Source of the DNA: Callorhinchus milii
Lineage: Eukaryota
NCBI RefSeq assembly: GCF_018977255.1
Contig: NW_024704742.1
Location: 35,156,001-35,220,000, forward strand
DNA length: 64,000 nt
Reading direction: 5' to 3'
The notes under the pieces are model-generated. The model had not been told where the DNA came from and did not search any database. It saw only the letters and a program-made list of their open reading frames with translations. A program made the translations under genes and the position numbers. How positions within the stretch are numbered: the first letter of the stretch is position 1; every line of letters begins with the position of its first letter. Of the stretch, positions 53,203-64,000 are shown piece after piece.

Positions 53203-55555
53203 TCTTCATTGTTCACAGAGTCTCCTATATNAAAAACACTCAGGCAAGTTTGAAGAAGTTCTCAAGCACCACATGTGATACTGAGGAGTTAGTTGAAGGT
53301 TAAAAACACATTATACTATTACAATTCCTAAGTTTCTATTAATAGCTGGACATTGGGGAGGTTGCTGCACGGAATAATAAGTGACAATGCCCAAATTGCT
53401 GCAAGTTTGCTGCATGACAATTCAGGGTATATTTTACGGTATTCTTGTTGGTATGATTTACCAATTGGGAGACTGGGAACATTTAACATTAAGGGGAGAA
53501 TTCACACAGTAAACCTCACCTGAACTTGGTATAAAAGATCAGGATTTATTATTTAAATGGAACATATGACAATCTGACAAAACATGAAAAGAAGGGTTCA
53601 TCCCAAAGTTTAGGATTTTAACATCTGTTGTGTGAGCCAGTTTCTTCAGGCTAATAAATAAAGCTGGAATTGAATTGTCAGCATATTGGGAACTGAATGT
53701 GTGAATTTAAACATGAATTCATAATGATTACCACCACTTTCAAACATATCTACTCAATCTTCCAATTGATCACAATCCATACTAAACTAGGGTGTAGACC
53801 AGGAAAATTGTGCAGATACATGGTCCATTATTATGCTTCTGCATTGGAACTATTCAGCCTATCAGACTAAATATGAGGTACTCCTGAGCTACTTTCATTG
53901 ATCTCTTTTGGTAAAGGAAATACCTGTTGAACGAAATCTAGAGCAAGACTGTTGAGGCAGATTGATTACCTACCTAGGGAAATGAAGAAAATGGGACTTC
54001 CAGATGACATTTCTCTTTTTTTCCCCCAAATTTCCCAATTCACCACAGACCCTAATCCTGTACTGACCGTTGGGCATGCAACTCACATCACTCAAAAGTG
54101 CAGAGAATGAAGGGTAACACCTTGAGGAATAACACAGGACAACAAAGTAGATGAAAGGATTGATTCCAAGAATGCTTACCATCACAAACCAACCCCTTCA
54201 CACCTTAGCGACTCTGACCTGCTTACCCCACTCTGCCTGCTTCATTCGCTTAGCTGGCACAAGCCTGCTGCATGTCCCTTGACCCCTCCGTGCCACCATT
54301 GGTCACTATTTTTATATTGATGAGCTTAGCACTCAAATATTTTGGGTAGGTGACCTTAATGGTGAAATATGTTATCTTGAGGATAAAGTAAAAGCAGCTC
54401 TCATATTTAGAATTGACTGCTATTCAACAGATTGTTGGAAGTATTCAAAGGAAATTAAGGTTAACAGAACTAAGACCTTATTCCATGGTTGACTATATTC
54501 CTCCTACTGGGATGAAAATCTAAAGTGAGATGGAAATGCTCCAAATTTTAGCCAGGTGGTATTCAACAAATAATCTGCAATGATCTTCAAACCCTCAAAC
54601 TGCCCAGTTCAAAAAAAGCTACATGATTAATTCCAGCACTAATAATGTGAGACAATTGCATTGTGGAATACAACTGAGTGTAGAAATTACATTAATCAGT
54701 TTATAGGTGTAGCATTTAATTTTCAAAGTTAATTGCCATGTTGCATCCCCCAACACTGATTTGTGGGGTTCCCCAACTATGCAAATTTCAGATACAATAT
54801 GCAGGTATTCCCCCCACAATATTCCTTAGAGTGTTATAGTGTTAAGTGAAACACTGCTTTTTAATCAAGCAAAAATTAAAATCCTTTAAGCTTGAATTAT
54901 TACTATTATTACTGTATTGTTACAATAACCAATTCACTTAAAGAATTCTCTTGCTGTAGATTTCATTCAGCAAAGGTATTTTCCCTTACCAGGACCTTGG
55001 TTTAACCAATCTCCAACAGCACCTCCAACAGTCCAGCACACCCAGTATTATATTGGAAGTGTCAGCAAAGTTACAATTTGGGGCTTGAACCCACAACATC
55101 CTGATGTACAGGTGAGTGTTACCAACTAAGACAGGCCATGCACTGAAATTTTGGTTGCACCATAATCTTACATTACCAGTAGTATATGGAGAATACACGT
55201 TATTGAAGAAGTGATTACTGCATGATAGGACGAGTAGTCTTTCTACTAATACACACAAACATCTTTTGATGAGCATTATCAATAGAATTGTCAATAAAAC
55301 ATACAGAATTCTACTTATAGAATGTTAATGAAAAGTACTTCCAGGGCTTAAGACAACTTATTTAAGCAACAAAATATTTCCTTTATGACGGATGTAACCT
55401 TTCCATTGTCCCCATTCCAAACAATATTTTACTGACAAAAGGCCATACAAAGTGGCAATTCCATCTGTAGAATTACTTTCAACTCCACAATCTGTACTCA
55501 GTGTATACTACCACAGATTCAAAAACAAGCATTTTAGTGAATACACTGATGATAG

Positions 55556-55698
55556 TTATGTGCTCAGTACTAGTTTAGAACAAGGCTCGCTGTGCCTGTA
55601 CTGTGTGATGTACACTCCAGTTTGATGCCACCAGTACAACATGAAGACGACAATAATATGCCAGCACTGATGACTGGACCCGAGGTAGTTGAGCTGCC
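55556..55698 (-). CDS. PAQR3: PAQR3 coding exon 6 (143 nt): GQLNYLGSSHQCWHIIVVFMLYWWHQTGVYITQYRHSEPCSKLVLST*
   Basis: tacag|GG acceptor; TAA at 55558-55556. Confidence 0.95.
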
Positions 55699-58600
55699 CT
55701 GTAAGTGAACAGCAGATTGGGTCAGAAAACCGTCGTGCAATTCAATAACAACATGCATTTATATAATGCTTTGCATGGTAAATAAATGCTTTCAATACTT
55801 TACAAAAGAAAATGAATTAAAAATGTAAGTGAATGCTGTTAAAAGCAATTGTGTACCAGCAACACCCCACAACGACGAAAAGCCAATTATACAAACAAAT
55901 TTACAAGTATATAACCACCTTTCACACTGAGATGTCTCAAAAGTGCTTCACAGAGCAGACAGAACCCAAGCTGTGTGTGGGGGTGGAGGTTGGGGTAACC
56001 AAAAGCAAGGTCTTAAAGATCTAAAAATTGGCTTTAATAGTGAGGAGAATTCACAAGAAACCAACATTTTTTCTTGCACCTTTTGACTACAAAAAAACCC
56101 GACAAAATCTACTGTTTTATAACAAACTGCAATGTTAGTGTAGTAAGGTGAAGATGAATGAAAACATGTCCACGAGGAGAAAGGGGATCATTTTTATTTG
56201 TGACCTATCATAATAAACTGACAGCAAATTATTTATGAATATGTAAATGTCACAAAAATGTCAGTCTCTAATCGCTCACCTGGAAAATACCTTTCTGGAA
56301 TTTTTGTGACATACAGAAAAAAAGCCACTGCAGCCATCAAGTACATCGCAAACACACGGGGAGCAAATGCCTGCAAAATAAAGTAATCAACAAGGAATTG
56401 TTCATACAGATAGAAAAGGAATAAAATTAAAAAATAATAAACTGAATTGAAATTCAAACAATACTAAAATTAAAACTGAAGAAAATTCTACTATATCATT
56501 ACACTGAACCAAAAATAGTAAAAGGACAACAATTATTAAGCCAAGTCTCTAAGCAGCACCATGCAGTACTATCCGTTCGTACACCATAAAGACACCATCA
56601 AGCTTAACCAATGGAGAGCATCAAGTAAGTCACTTTTTCATGCAAGCAACTTTGAGAAGTGCAATTACAGTTTTGTGCATATTCGATTTCTCATCTTAGA
56701 TTTTTTTAAAAATATACTACTTCTGAATATTTCATTGTGCACTGCTCCAGCTCGAGGCATATCACTTTTGGTTTAGTTTGGCTGCTGATTTATATTAAGC
56801 AAAGCTGAAAAGTTGGTTTGCTTATAATGATGTTAGTAGGGCATAGGTGCCAATAGAGATGCTTTGTCCTACAATTAGAATCAGAAAGTTTACTACACAT
56901 AAAGAAGACAGTATAAATGAGGCCATTTGGCAAATTATGTACATCTTGGCACTATGCTCTAATCCCATTCTCCCTGCTTGTTCCCTTCTAATCTTTATTA
57001 TATTTCCCAAGTAATTATCTAATTCCCTTTTAAATGCTACTATGGATTTTAATCAAAAACCATTCAATATCTAAATGAGTTTAAACGAAAAAATTTGCAA
57101 ATATTTGAATGCAACCATGTATAGATAATGATAAATGGAACAGATAATAAATTATTTTTCTTGAGTGTAAATAAACTTGCCCATTAAAATACTCTAAAAA
57201 TACCTTTAATACTTGAATATAATGCAGTATATCTGCTCGGGTCCAAATCCCTGACTGTACAGTGCCTTGGGACATCCTCCTGATGTGAAAGGCGCTATAC
57301 AATGTAATTTTGCATTGTATATTTGATAGGTTTCTGAAGTATATATACTGCAACAGCTGATTCATTATAATTAACTTCTTATTATAATGTTATATTATTG
57401 TTCTAAACACTGCACTATATGGTTGTCCAATACATAAATTGGGAATCCAAAAGTGGCAAAAATGCTTTTTTAATAAGTAAATAAAAAATGAGTAATCAAC
57501 ACGATCGTTGGGCATGTGTTCTCAATTATCATATTCGCATGGTATTTTCTACTAAAATTACTGCATGTGGCTGAAACAGTGTCGCCTGTGGTTAGTTAGC
57601 AAATTCTATTGGACCACACTGTTTTAATAAATAAGAGAATCAAATGTGTAATTATTGAATTGAGTATGACATAAAAGTCAAGACATTACACTCACCAGAA
57701 CTATTGGAGCAGACCAGCCCCCATTCTGCCAAATCCAGTGAATTGTTGGGATAATCCCATATGCAGAAACACAGCAAAAGATGAGTGCACGTAGTTTATT
57801 CCACTGCTGAGTCAAGTAATACGGATGTATTTGTGCAAAGAATACTGCCAATATCATAGCAAGTATTGTGATTAGGTAGACCTGCCGCCAGTACTGCAAC
57901 AAAAATAAAACAAAATAAATACAGATTTACAACCTGCAATAAACAGCAACCTTCATGTAAGGTTAATGTTTAAGCAAGGAAGAGGGGGCAGGGGAACATG
58001 ACCATAGGCACTTTTGAAGAGGAAAGTTTTAAGAAAGGGAGGTTGAGGTGGAGGAGTGAGGGAGGGAGGTCCAGAGGTTAATGGCATAGTGACTGAAGGC
58101 TTGGCTAATGCTATTCATACGGAGAGACAGGAAACATTCAGCAGGCCAGTTAGCCGAGAGGAGCGGGCGAGTAGAAGAGCAGAGCAAAAGATTTAAGAGA
58201 TAGGGAGGTTCCTAGGGCGTGAAGGGATTTATAGGTGACATGAGAATCTTGAAGTTAACCTGTGGGAGACAGAGAGACAGTGCAACCTGCCGAGGACTGG
58301 GTGATGGACCTGCAGACCTTGGCTGAGGTGATGATGCGAATATCAGAATTTAGGATTAGCTGGATTTTACAGAAGACGGGAATTGGGACTGACAGACAGG
58401 TAAAAGTGCAGCGCTAATGAATCAGTTGTTTCATGTTTAGAGGTAGCTCAATTTTTTTTAAAAATTATTGTTAAACTTTGTTTACACATTTACTTTCACT
58501 GCTCCATAACAACTCGAACGCTTCTGAAAATCTCATTACATTGATTACGATTTGCTTATTTTAGCCAAATAAGAATCCAAATGTCTGACTTGTATTGTCA

Positions 58601-61600
58601 GAATGTAGATTTTGTGGCCACATGGATGAGCTACGACAGAAAGTTTACCTTTTTCTCATTCACAGTCAAGTTTGTTGGAGGAGATTTTCACTTGCTAACA
58701 TGCTAATTTAATTAATGCATTTGATACAGTGCCTTACCATGTCTTTGAGATGTCTCAAACTATACTGTAATGGGAATTGACCATGTATTTTGTGGGTGAA
58801 ACACAGCAGCCAATTACGCACAGCAGTGTCCCACAAACAGTCATGACCAAATTATTATTATATTTTAGGCTTTTTTTGAAGGGATTATTACCCCGGGAAA
58901 AGCAATCCGTCAATCGGCTAACAACCGGGTTCCTACTTACTGCTAGGTGAACAGAGGCATGTGGAGTAAGGAAACTTGCTCAACACTTTTTTTCCTGCCC
59001 AGGAATTGAACCCAGGTCGTCTTGCTTGCAAGGCGAGTGCTCTAACCACTAATCTACAGGACTCCACAATGTGAATATTGCCCTGCGCTTGTGTGGCTGA
59101 ATGTTGTAACATCACACATACAAACACTAAAATCAGGACCAAACGCAAAAGAGAAGGGGTAAATTATAATTTGTCATTATAAATACTTTGAACACAGAAG
59201 AGAAAATCCTTACCTCATTGCAGTAAAAAGCATAGAAGACTGCAGGGACGTAACAGCCTAAAATTCCTACGGCAATACCAGCATAATCGAGGGCTACCCA
59301 GCGCTGATTTGCTTTTTCAGAGCGATGACAGCAAAATACATGATACCCTACTGAACACAGCATACACACCTACAAGGCAAAATGTTAAAACTAAATGCAA
59401 AAATAACTTGAATATATTGGATATTTACACCGCAAGTAGCCAGTACAGTGTATCACAATCCCTTATATAACAACTTATATAGCGCCCTCCACGCAGGGTA
59501 GTGTCTCAGAATGCTTAAAATAATATGCTGGTAAAACGAATAATTGCACAACAATTAGAATAATTGTACAACAATTAGAAATTCTCACAAAAAAAATTCT
59601 GATTACAAGAGAATTTGGTGCGACTATTTACAAAAACACTATTCAAGTGTTATAAGTGGAAAAAACACATTTCTGAAGAGGGGCTGTCTTAATGATCATC
59701 AGTGCAGCATAACCATACAATAAAAGGTTGCGTTCATTTCCAGGCTTTGCTGATTTAGGCTTATTTCAGTACTGGAAGGAGTTAAGAGCTACAACTGCTC
59801 TTTAAACCAAAGAGGGGAAGAAATCCAGGGTTTCCAATTCTGATCGTTCCTATAAACTGTGATGTTTGAGAGTCTGATTAATAATTCCAAATGACTGGAA
59901 ATTCATGCTACATGCTGAAAACTGTGTGGGAGAGGAAGTAAAGTTTAAAAAATAAAGTGAAGTTAGACTTATGAATCTTTAAGAATATTTATCTTTTTCT
60001 GAGAGTATCCTACATTAATGGTAAAGTGAACCTAAGAAACTAGAAGGTTCTTATGCAATGCAAAATTAGGTCACACCACAGATCCAGCTAGATGCTGTAT
60101 AATATCCAGTTTCAATTCAATAATATACCATTGTGAATTATGATCCTCTTTCATTATATACATACATTATAAGATAATGTTATAGAAAATGATACAATAC
60201 ACAGGGGGCTGGTCAAGTTCATACTGAATTTGAAAAGCTGTAACTGCTATCAGATAATTGCAGGATTAGTCTTTTATTGTACTTTCACATTTTTTACATT
60301 AAGTAAAAGTTACATTAAGTTCACTCCATCAAAGAAAACTGATAATCCTGGAATCATATTTGTTGAAACACCCACCCATTTCAAAGCTACTTGCCTGGAA
60401 GCAGAAGAGACAGATAGAATATATAACATAGTCATCTCTTGAGGCATTTGCTTCTGGAAGTACAGTGGTCATGTCATAAATACCAAGGCTGAAGAACAGG
60501 AAAAATCCAAGTAGATGACTCCAAATATTGACCGATTCATTGGAAAGGATGAAAAGACTGCAGAGAGAAGTGTTCAGTTACACAGAATTATATACAATCT
60601 ACATCACCATAATAGGACACTTGGTCTAACTAGTCCGTGCCTGTGTTTTTAGAGTCTCCATCCATCCTAATCCCCTCCCTTTGCTAACCTACCCCATACC
60701 CCTATATTCCCTTCTCCCTTGAGTATACATTGAGTTTCCTCTTAAATCCATTGATGCTTTCTACTTCAACTATGCAGTTTCGGTCTCCTTATTTAAGAAA
60801 GGATGTACTCGCCTTGGAGAGGGTACAATGTAGATTCGCTAGGTTGGTACCAGAAATGAGGGGGATGAGTTATCAGGATAGGTTGAACAATTTAGGCCTA
60901 TATTCTCTAGAATATAGAAGAATGAGAGGTAATCTTATAGAAACCTATATAGAAACCTATAAGATTAAGGGGCATGACAGAATAGATAGTGGGAGACTTT
61001 TTCCCCTGGTTAGAGAAACAATAACCAGGGGTCACAGTCTTAAAATTAGAGGTAAGCCCTTTCACACTGAGTTGAGGAAACACTTCTTCACTCAGAGGGC
61101 AGTGAATTTATGGAATTCTCTACACCAAAGGGCTGTAGATGTTCAGTCCTTGAACATATTGAAGACTGAGATTGATAGATTTCTTGCGGATAAAGGGATT
61201 AAGGGATATGGGGATAAGGCGGGTAGGTGGAGTTAGAATAGATCAGCAATGATCTTATTGAATGGCGGGGCAGGCTCGAGGGGCCGAATGGCCTACTCCT
61301 GCTCCTAATTCTTATGTTCTTCTAGCATCGAGTTCCACATTTTCATCACTCTCTGTGTAAAGAACTTCCTCCTACACTTTATTTTAGATCTGTTAGTTGC
61401 TATCTTATATTTATGCCCCCTTGTTATGGACTCACCAACAAGTGAAAACAGTATATTTATGTTCACCTATTGAATCCCTTCATAATTTTAAATGCCTCTA
61501 TTTGGTCCCCTCTTAATCGTTTTATCTTATGAGAAGAAAGGTCTAACCTATTCAGTATTTCCCGATAGTTATATTCTTTCATCCCTGGTAACATCCTAAT

Positions 61601-62547
61601 AAATCTATGCTGCGCTTGCTTCATTGTCACAATATCCTCTTGTAGTAAGGTGACCAGAACTGTACACAGTACTTGTCTCTGCACAATATTAGTTAATATA
61701 AATTCTATGAAAATCAAAACCTACAGAAAGTCTAATTTACAAGTCCATAATTGTCTTCAAGTTACATTTTTCAAATAATTTGAAAAATAAGATACATTAT
61801 CCAAAGCTCACACAAACTCTTTATCTTTTTTTAAGAGAATAATATCTGGGCAACTCTACACTGATACTAGAGATCTACATTTCTGCCATTGTATAAAGTT
61901 ACCGACAATGATGCCTGCAGTTACAATGCAGCAAGCACCTGGTGTGCACAAGGTAACTGCTGCATTTCCCTATAACAAGAATAAATTACATTTATATAAA
62001 GCCGGGAGGGCGTTGCAAGGCGCTGGGATGCAGTCACTACACTGGACAGCTATTAACTGTTTGCTCTTAGATTAGCTCTTTTTGAGACTTTTTTTCAACA
62101 TCATAGGCAATAAAACAAATACAAGGGTTATTTTTTATTTGGATGGCAACTTTACCAAACAGTAGAATTCCAATACCTAGGTGTCATGTCTATAGTATAT
62201 CCTGTACGGTGTTGAATATACTCCAATAATTAGGTGCAATTTTTTTTTGAGATAATCACGTTATACATAGATTTTTTTCTGTTCATTATAATTGAAACAT
62301 TCAAGAATATGCAAGTTTTATGTTCCTAAGAGAAACCAGAAATTCTTGAATTTATGACCCACCTTTTTAAGCACAGTTTGGAAGGTAGGTATGCCCTATA
62401 TCCATCTGTAATGTAAGGGTTATCCTTGAGGAAGCATGGGATTTGTTCGTACGTGTACAGGCGGATGCCTCTAGGTATAAGAACAGGCCAATATTGGTAG
62501 TTTCCCAGTTCAATGTAGTGGGCACTTTTAAGTAACTTCTGAGGCAT
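55556..62547 (-). CDS. PAQR3: Progestin and adipoQ receptor family member 3 (RKTG), 311 aa, 6 coding exons
   Basis: Exons of 185+163+156+198+91+143 = 936 nt. Starts MPQKLLKSAHYIELG. PAQR motifs NESVNIWSH, SVGYH, LDYAG, PERYFPG and SSHQCWH are present. Confidence 0.97.
56280..56370 (-). CDS. PAQR3: PAQR3 coding exon 5 (91 nt): AFAPRVFAMYLMAAVAFFLYVTKIPERYFP
   Basis: tgcag|GCA...CCAG|gtgagc. Confidence 0.95.
57696..57893 (-). CDS. PAQR3: PAQR3 coding exon 4 (198 nt): YWRQVYLITILAM...GGWSAPIVL
   Basis: tgcag|TAC...CTG|gtgagt. Confidence 0.95.
57945..58400 (-). mobile_element. Old L2 LINE 3' fragment
   Basis: Degenerate similarity to the other L2 ends (gaatcttgaag, ggaggttccagag-like). Confidence 0.6.
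58711..59065 (-). mobile_element. Full-length SINE family A
   Basis: A/B box head at ~59000-59065, body and tail. Confidence 0.9.
59214..59369 (-). CDS. PAQR3: PAQR3 coding exon 3 (156 nt): VCMLCSVGYHVFCCHRSEK...FYAFYCNE
   Basis: tgtag|GTG...GAG|gtaagg. Confidence 0.95.
60395..60557 (-). CDS. PAQR3: PAQR3 coding exon 2 (163 nt): LFILSNESVNIWSHLLGFFLFFSLGIYDMTTVLPEANASRDDYVIYSICLFCFQ
   Basis: ctgcag|T acceptor; donor is CAG|gcaagt (GC-AG intron). Confidence 0.93.
60580..61690. mobile_element. Young CR1 (+, ~60772-61321) inserted into an older CR1 (-, 60580-60771 and 61322-61690)
   Basis: 168-aa ORF with SPYLRKDVLALERVQCRF...FFTQRAVNLWNSL; both flanks are CR1 sequence on the - strand. Confidence 0.88.
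62363..62547 (-). CDS. PAQR3: PAQR3 coding exon 1 (185 nt): MPQKLLKSAHYIELG...LPSKLCLK
   Basis: ATG at 62547; donor AG|gtgggt. Confidence 0.95.
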
Positions 62548-62980
62548 GATGCTGTAATTATAAAAGAAAATATAAAATAGATTATATTTACCAATTATTA
62601 CTGTGATCAGTTCCATAAAATATGGTTTCATTAAAAATTAAACTGCTGGTCAGAGTATCAGTTATACAAGCTACTGAGTTCTAATTCAATAAATGAAGAT
62701 TTCAAGCCATGTTAATAATATAACTAATCGGATAATTTGATTTATCCTCCAATAAAAAAAATTCAACAATAATATAACCGTAAATCATCAGGCAGCCATA
62801 AATCTCGAACAGCATTATAAGTTACAACCATTCCAGCACCAGATGATATCATTACCGTCATAAATTCCCAGCATCAGGTAATATTATGAGTGGTAACTCC
62901 CCGATTCCACATAACATGATTTATTCCAACTCCCCAACACCAGGTAACATGATTGTTTATAACCCACCAACCTGGGTCGC

Positions 62981-63309
62981 ATAATAATAATAACAATAAT
63001 AATAATAATCCTTGCATTTTTAATAGAGCACATATCAGGCTGTTGTGCGCTTCACAGAATATACTGTAAAGTGAATTCACTGAACTGTACATCTTGTGGG
63101 CGAAACACAGCCGCCAACGGCGCACGGCAGCGTCCCACAAACAGTCGGGGAACTGAAGCGGCCAAATTATTATTATTATTATTATTTTTGAAGGGATTAT
63201 TATCCTGGGAAAAGCCACGCGCTACTCACAGCCATAGGTAACCAGGTGTGTGGAGTGAGGAAACCTCGGGTGAAAGGCGCTATACAAATGTAATTTGTTG
63301 TTGTTGTTT
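62981..63309 (-). mobile_element. SINE family A (CpG-rich copy) abutting a short + strand L2 tail (63270-63309)
   Basis: (aat)n tail and body, then gtgaaaggcgctatacaaatgtaatttgttgttg. Confidence 0.8.
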
Positions 63310-63429
63310 GGTCCCTCCAACTAACATCATCAGTTATAGTAATGATAATAACAACGACAACTCACCAACAAATGTGTTATTACACATTGTCTCAAACCCC
63401 CCAATAACATCAGGAACACTCTTACCCTG

Positions 63430-64000
63430 AACACCCCCCACACACACACACACCCACACACCCCCCGGCCCCACTCCCCCCCCCCCCCCCCCCCCCACAC
63501 CCTCCCCCCCCACACCGCCCCACACCCCCCAGTCCCGGCCCCACACCCCCAGTCCCCAGTCCCACACCCCCAGTCCCCAATCCTGGGCCCCACACCCCCA
63601 GTCCCCACAGCCCCACACCCCCAATCCCCACAGCCCCACACCCCCAGTCCCCACAGCCCCAGTCCCCACACCCCCAGTCCCCACAGCCCCAGTCCCCACA
63701 CCCCCAGTCCCGGCCCCACACCCCCAGTCCCCACACCCCCAGTCCCCACACCCCCAGTCCCGGCCCCACACCCCAGTCCCCACACCCCCAGTCCCCACAC
63801 CCCCAATCCCCACAGCCCCACACCCCCAGTCCCGGGCCCCACACCCCCAGTCCCGGCCCACACCCCCAGTCCCCAGCCCACACCCCCAGTCCCCACCTGG
63901 CCCCACACCCCCAGTCCCCACAGCCCCACACCCCAATCCCCACAGCCCCACACCCCCAGTCCCCACACCCCCAGTCCCCACAGCCCGGGCCCCACACCCC
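63430..64000. repeat. C-rich/G-rich minisatellite, core unit ccccacacccccagt (15 bp) with variants, preceded by (ca)n and poly-C; runs off the window end
   Basis: Tandem units are directly visible. Confidence 0.95.

Noticed and set aside
63330..63997. Three overlapping 190-220 aa Gly/Trp-rich ORFs
   Set aside because: They are translations of a stop-free minisatellite, open in all three - strand frames, with no sign of real coding.

Overview
This is vertebrate genomic DNA, not prokaryotic. The repeat content (CR1 and L2 LINEs, Deu-domain SINEs, one very abundant tRNA-derived SINE) suggests a cartilaginous fish, possibly a chimaera; that is an inference. Two convergent multi-exon genes were reconstructed from splice sites and reading frame. 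On the + strand is BMP2K (BIKE, a Numb-associated kinase), exons 2-16 at 11890..51150: 3266 coding nt in one continuous frame, with exon 1 upstream of the window. On the - strand is PAQR3, six coding exons at 62547..55556 encoding 311 aa. Introns are dense with SINEs, 5'-truncated L2 and CR1 copies (several nested) and small non-autonomous DNA transposons. I found no convincing new protein-coding system. The most interesting signals are non-coding: an ILPR-like G-quadruplex/i-motif minisatellite upstream of the PAQR3 coding region, a ~190-bp foldback in BMP2K intron 12, a GC-AG intron in PAQR3, intron read-through stops that could give short BMP2K isoforms, a possible recursive-splice exon, a LINE/SINE 3' tail partnership including a 50-bp insertion with a target-site duplication (TSD), tiny hAT MITEs with TSDs, and a higher-order tandem repeat.
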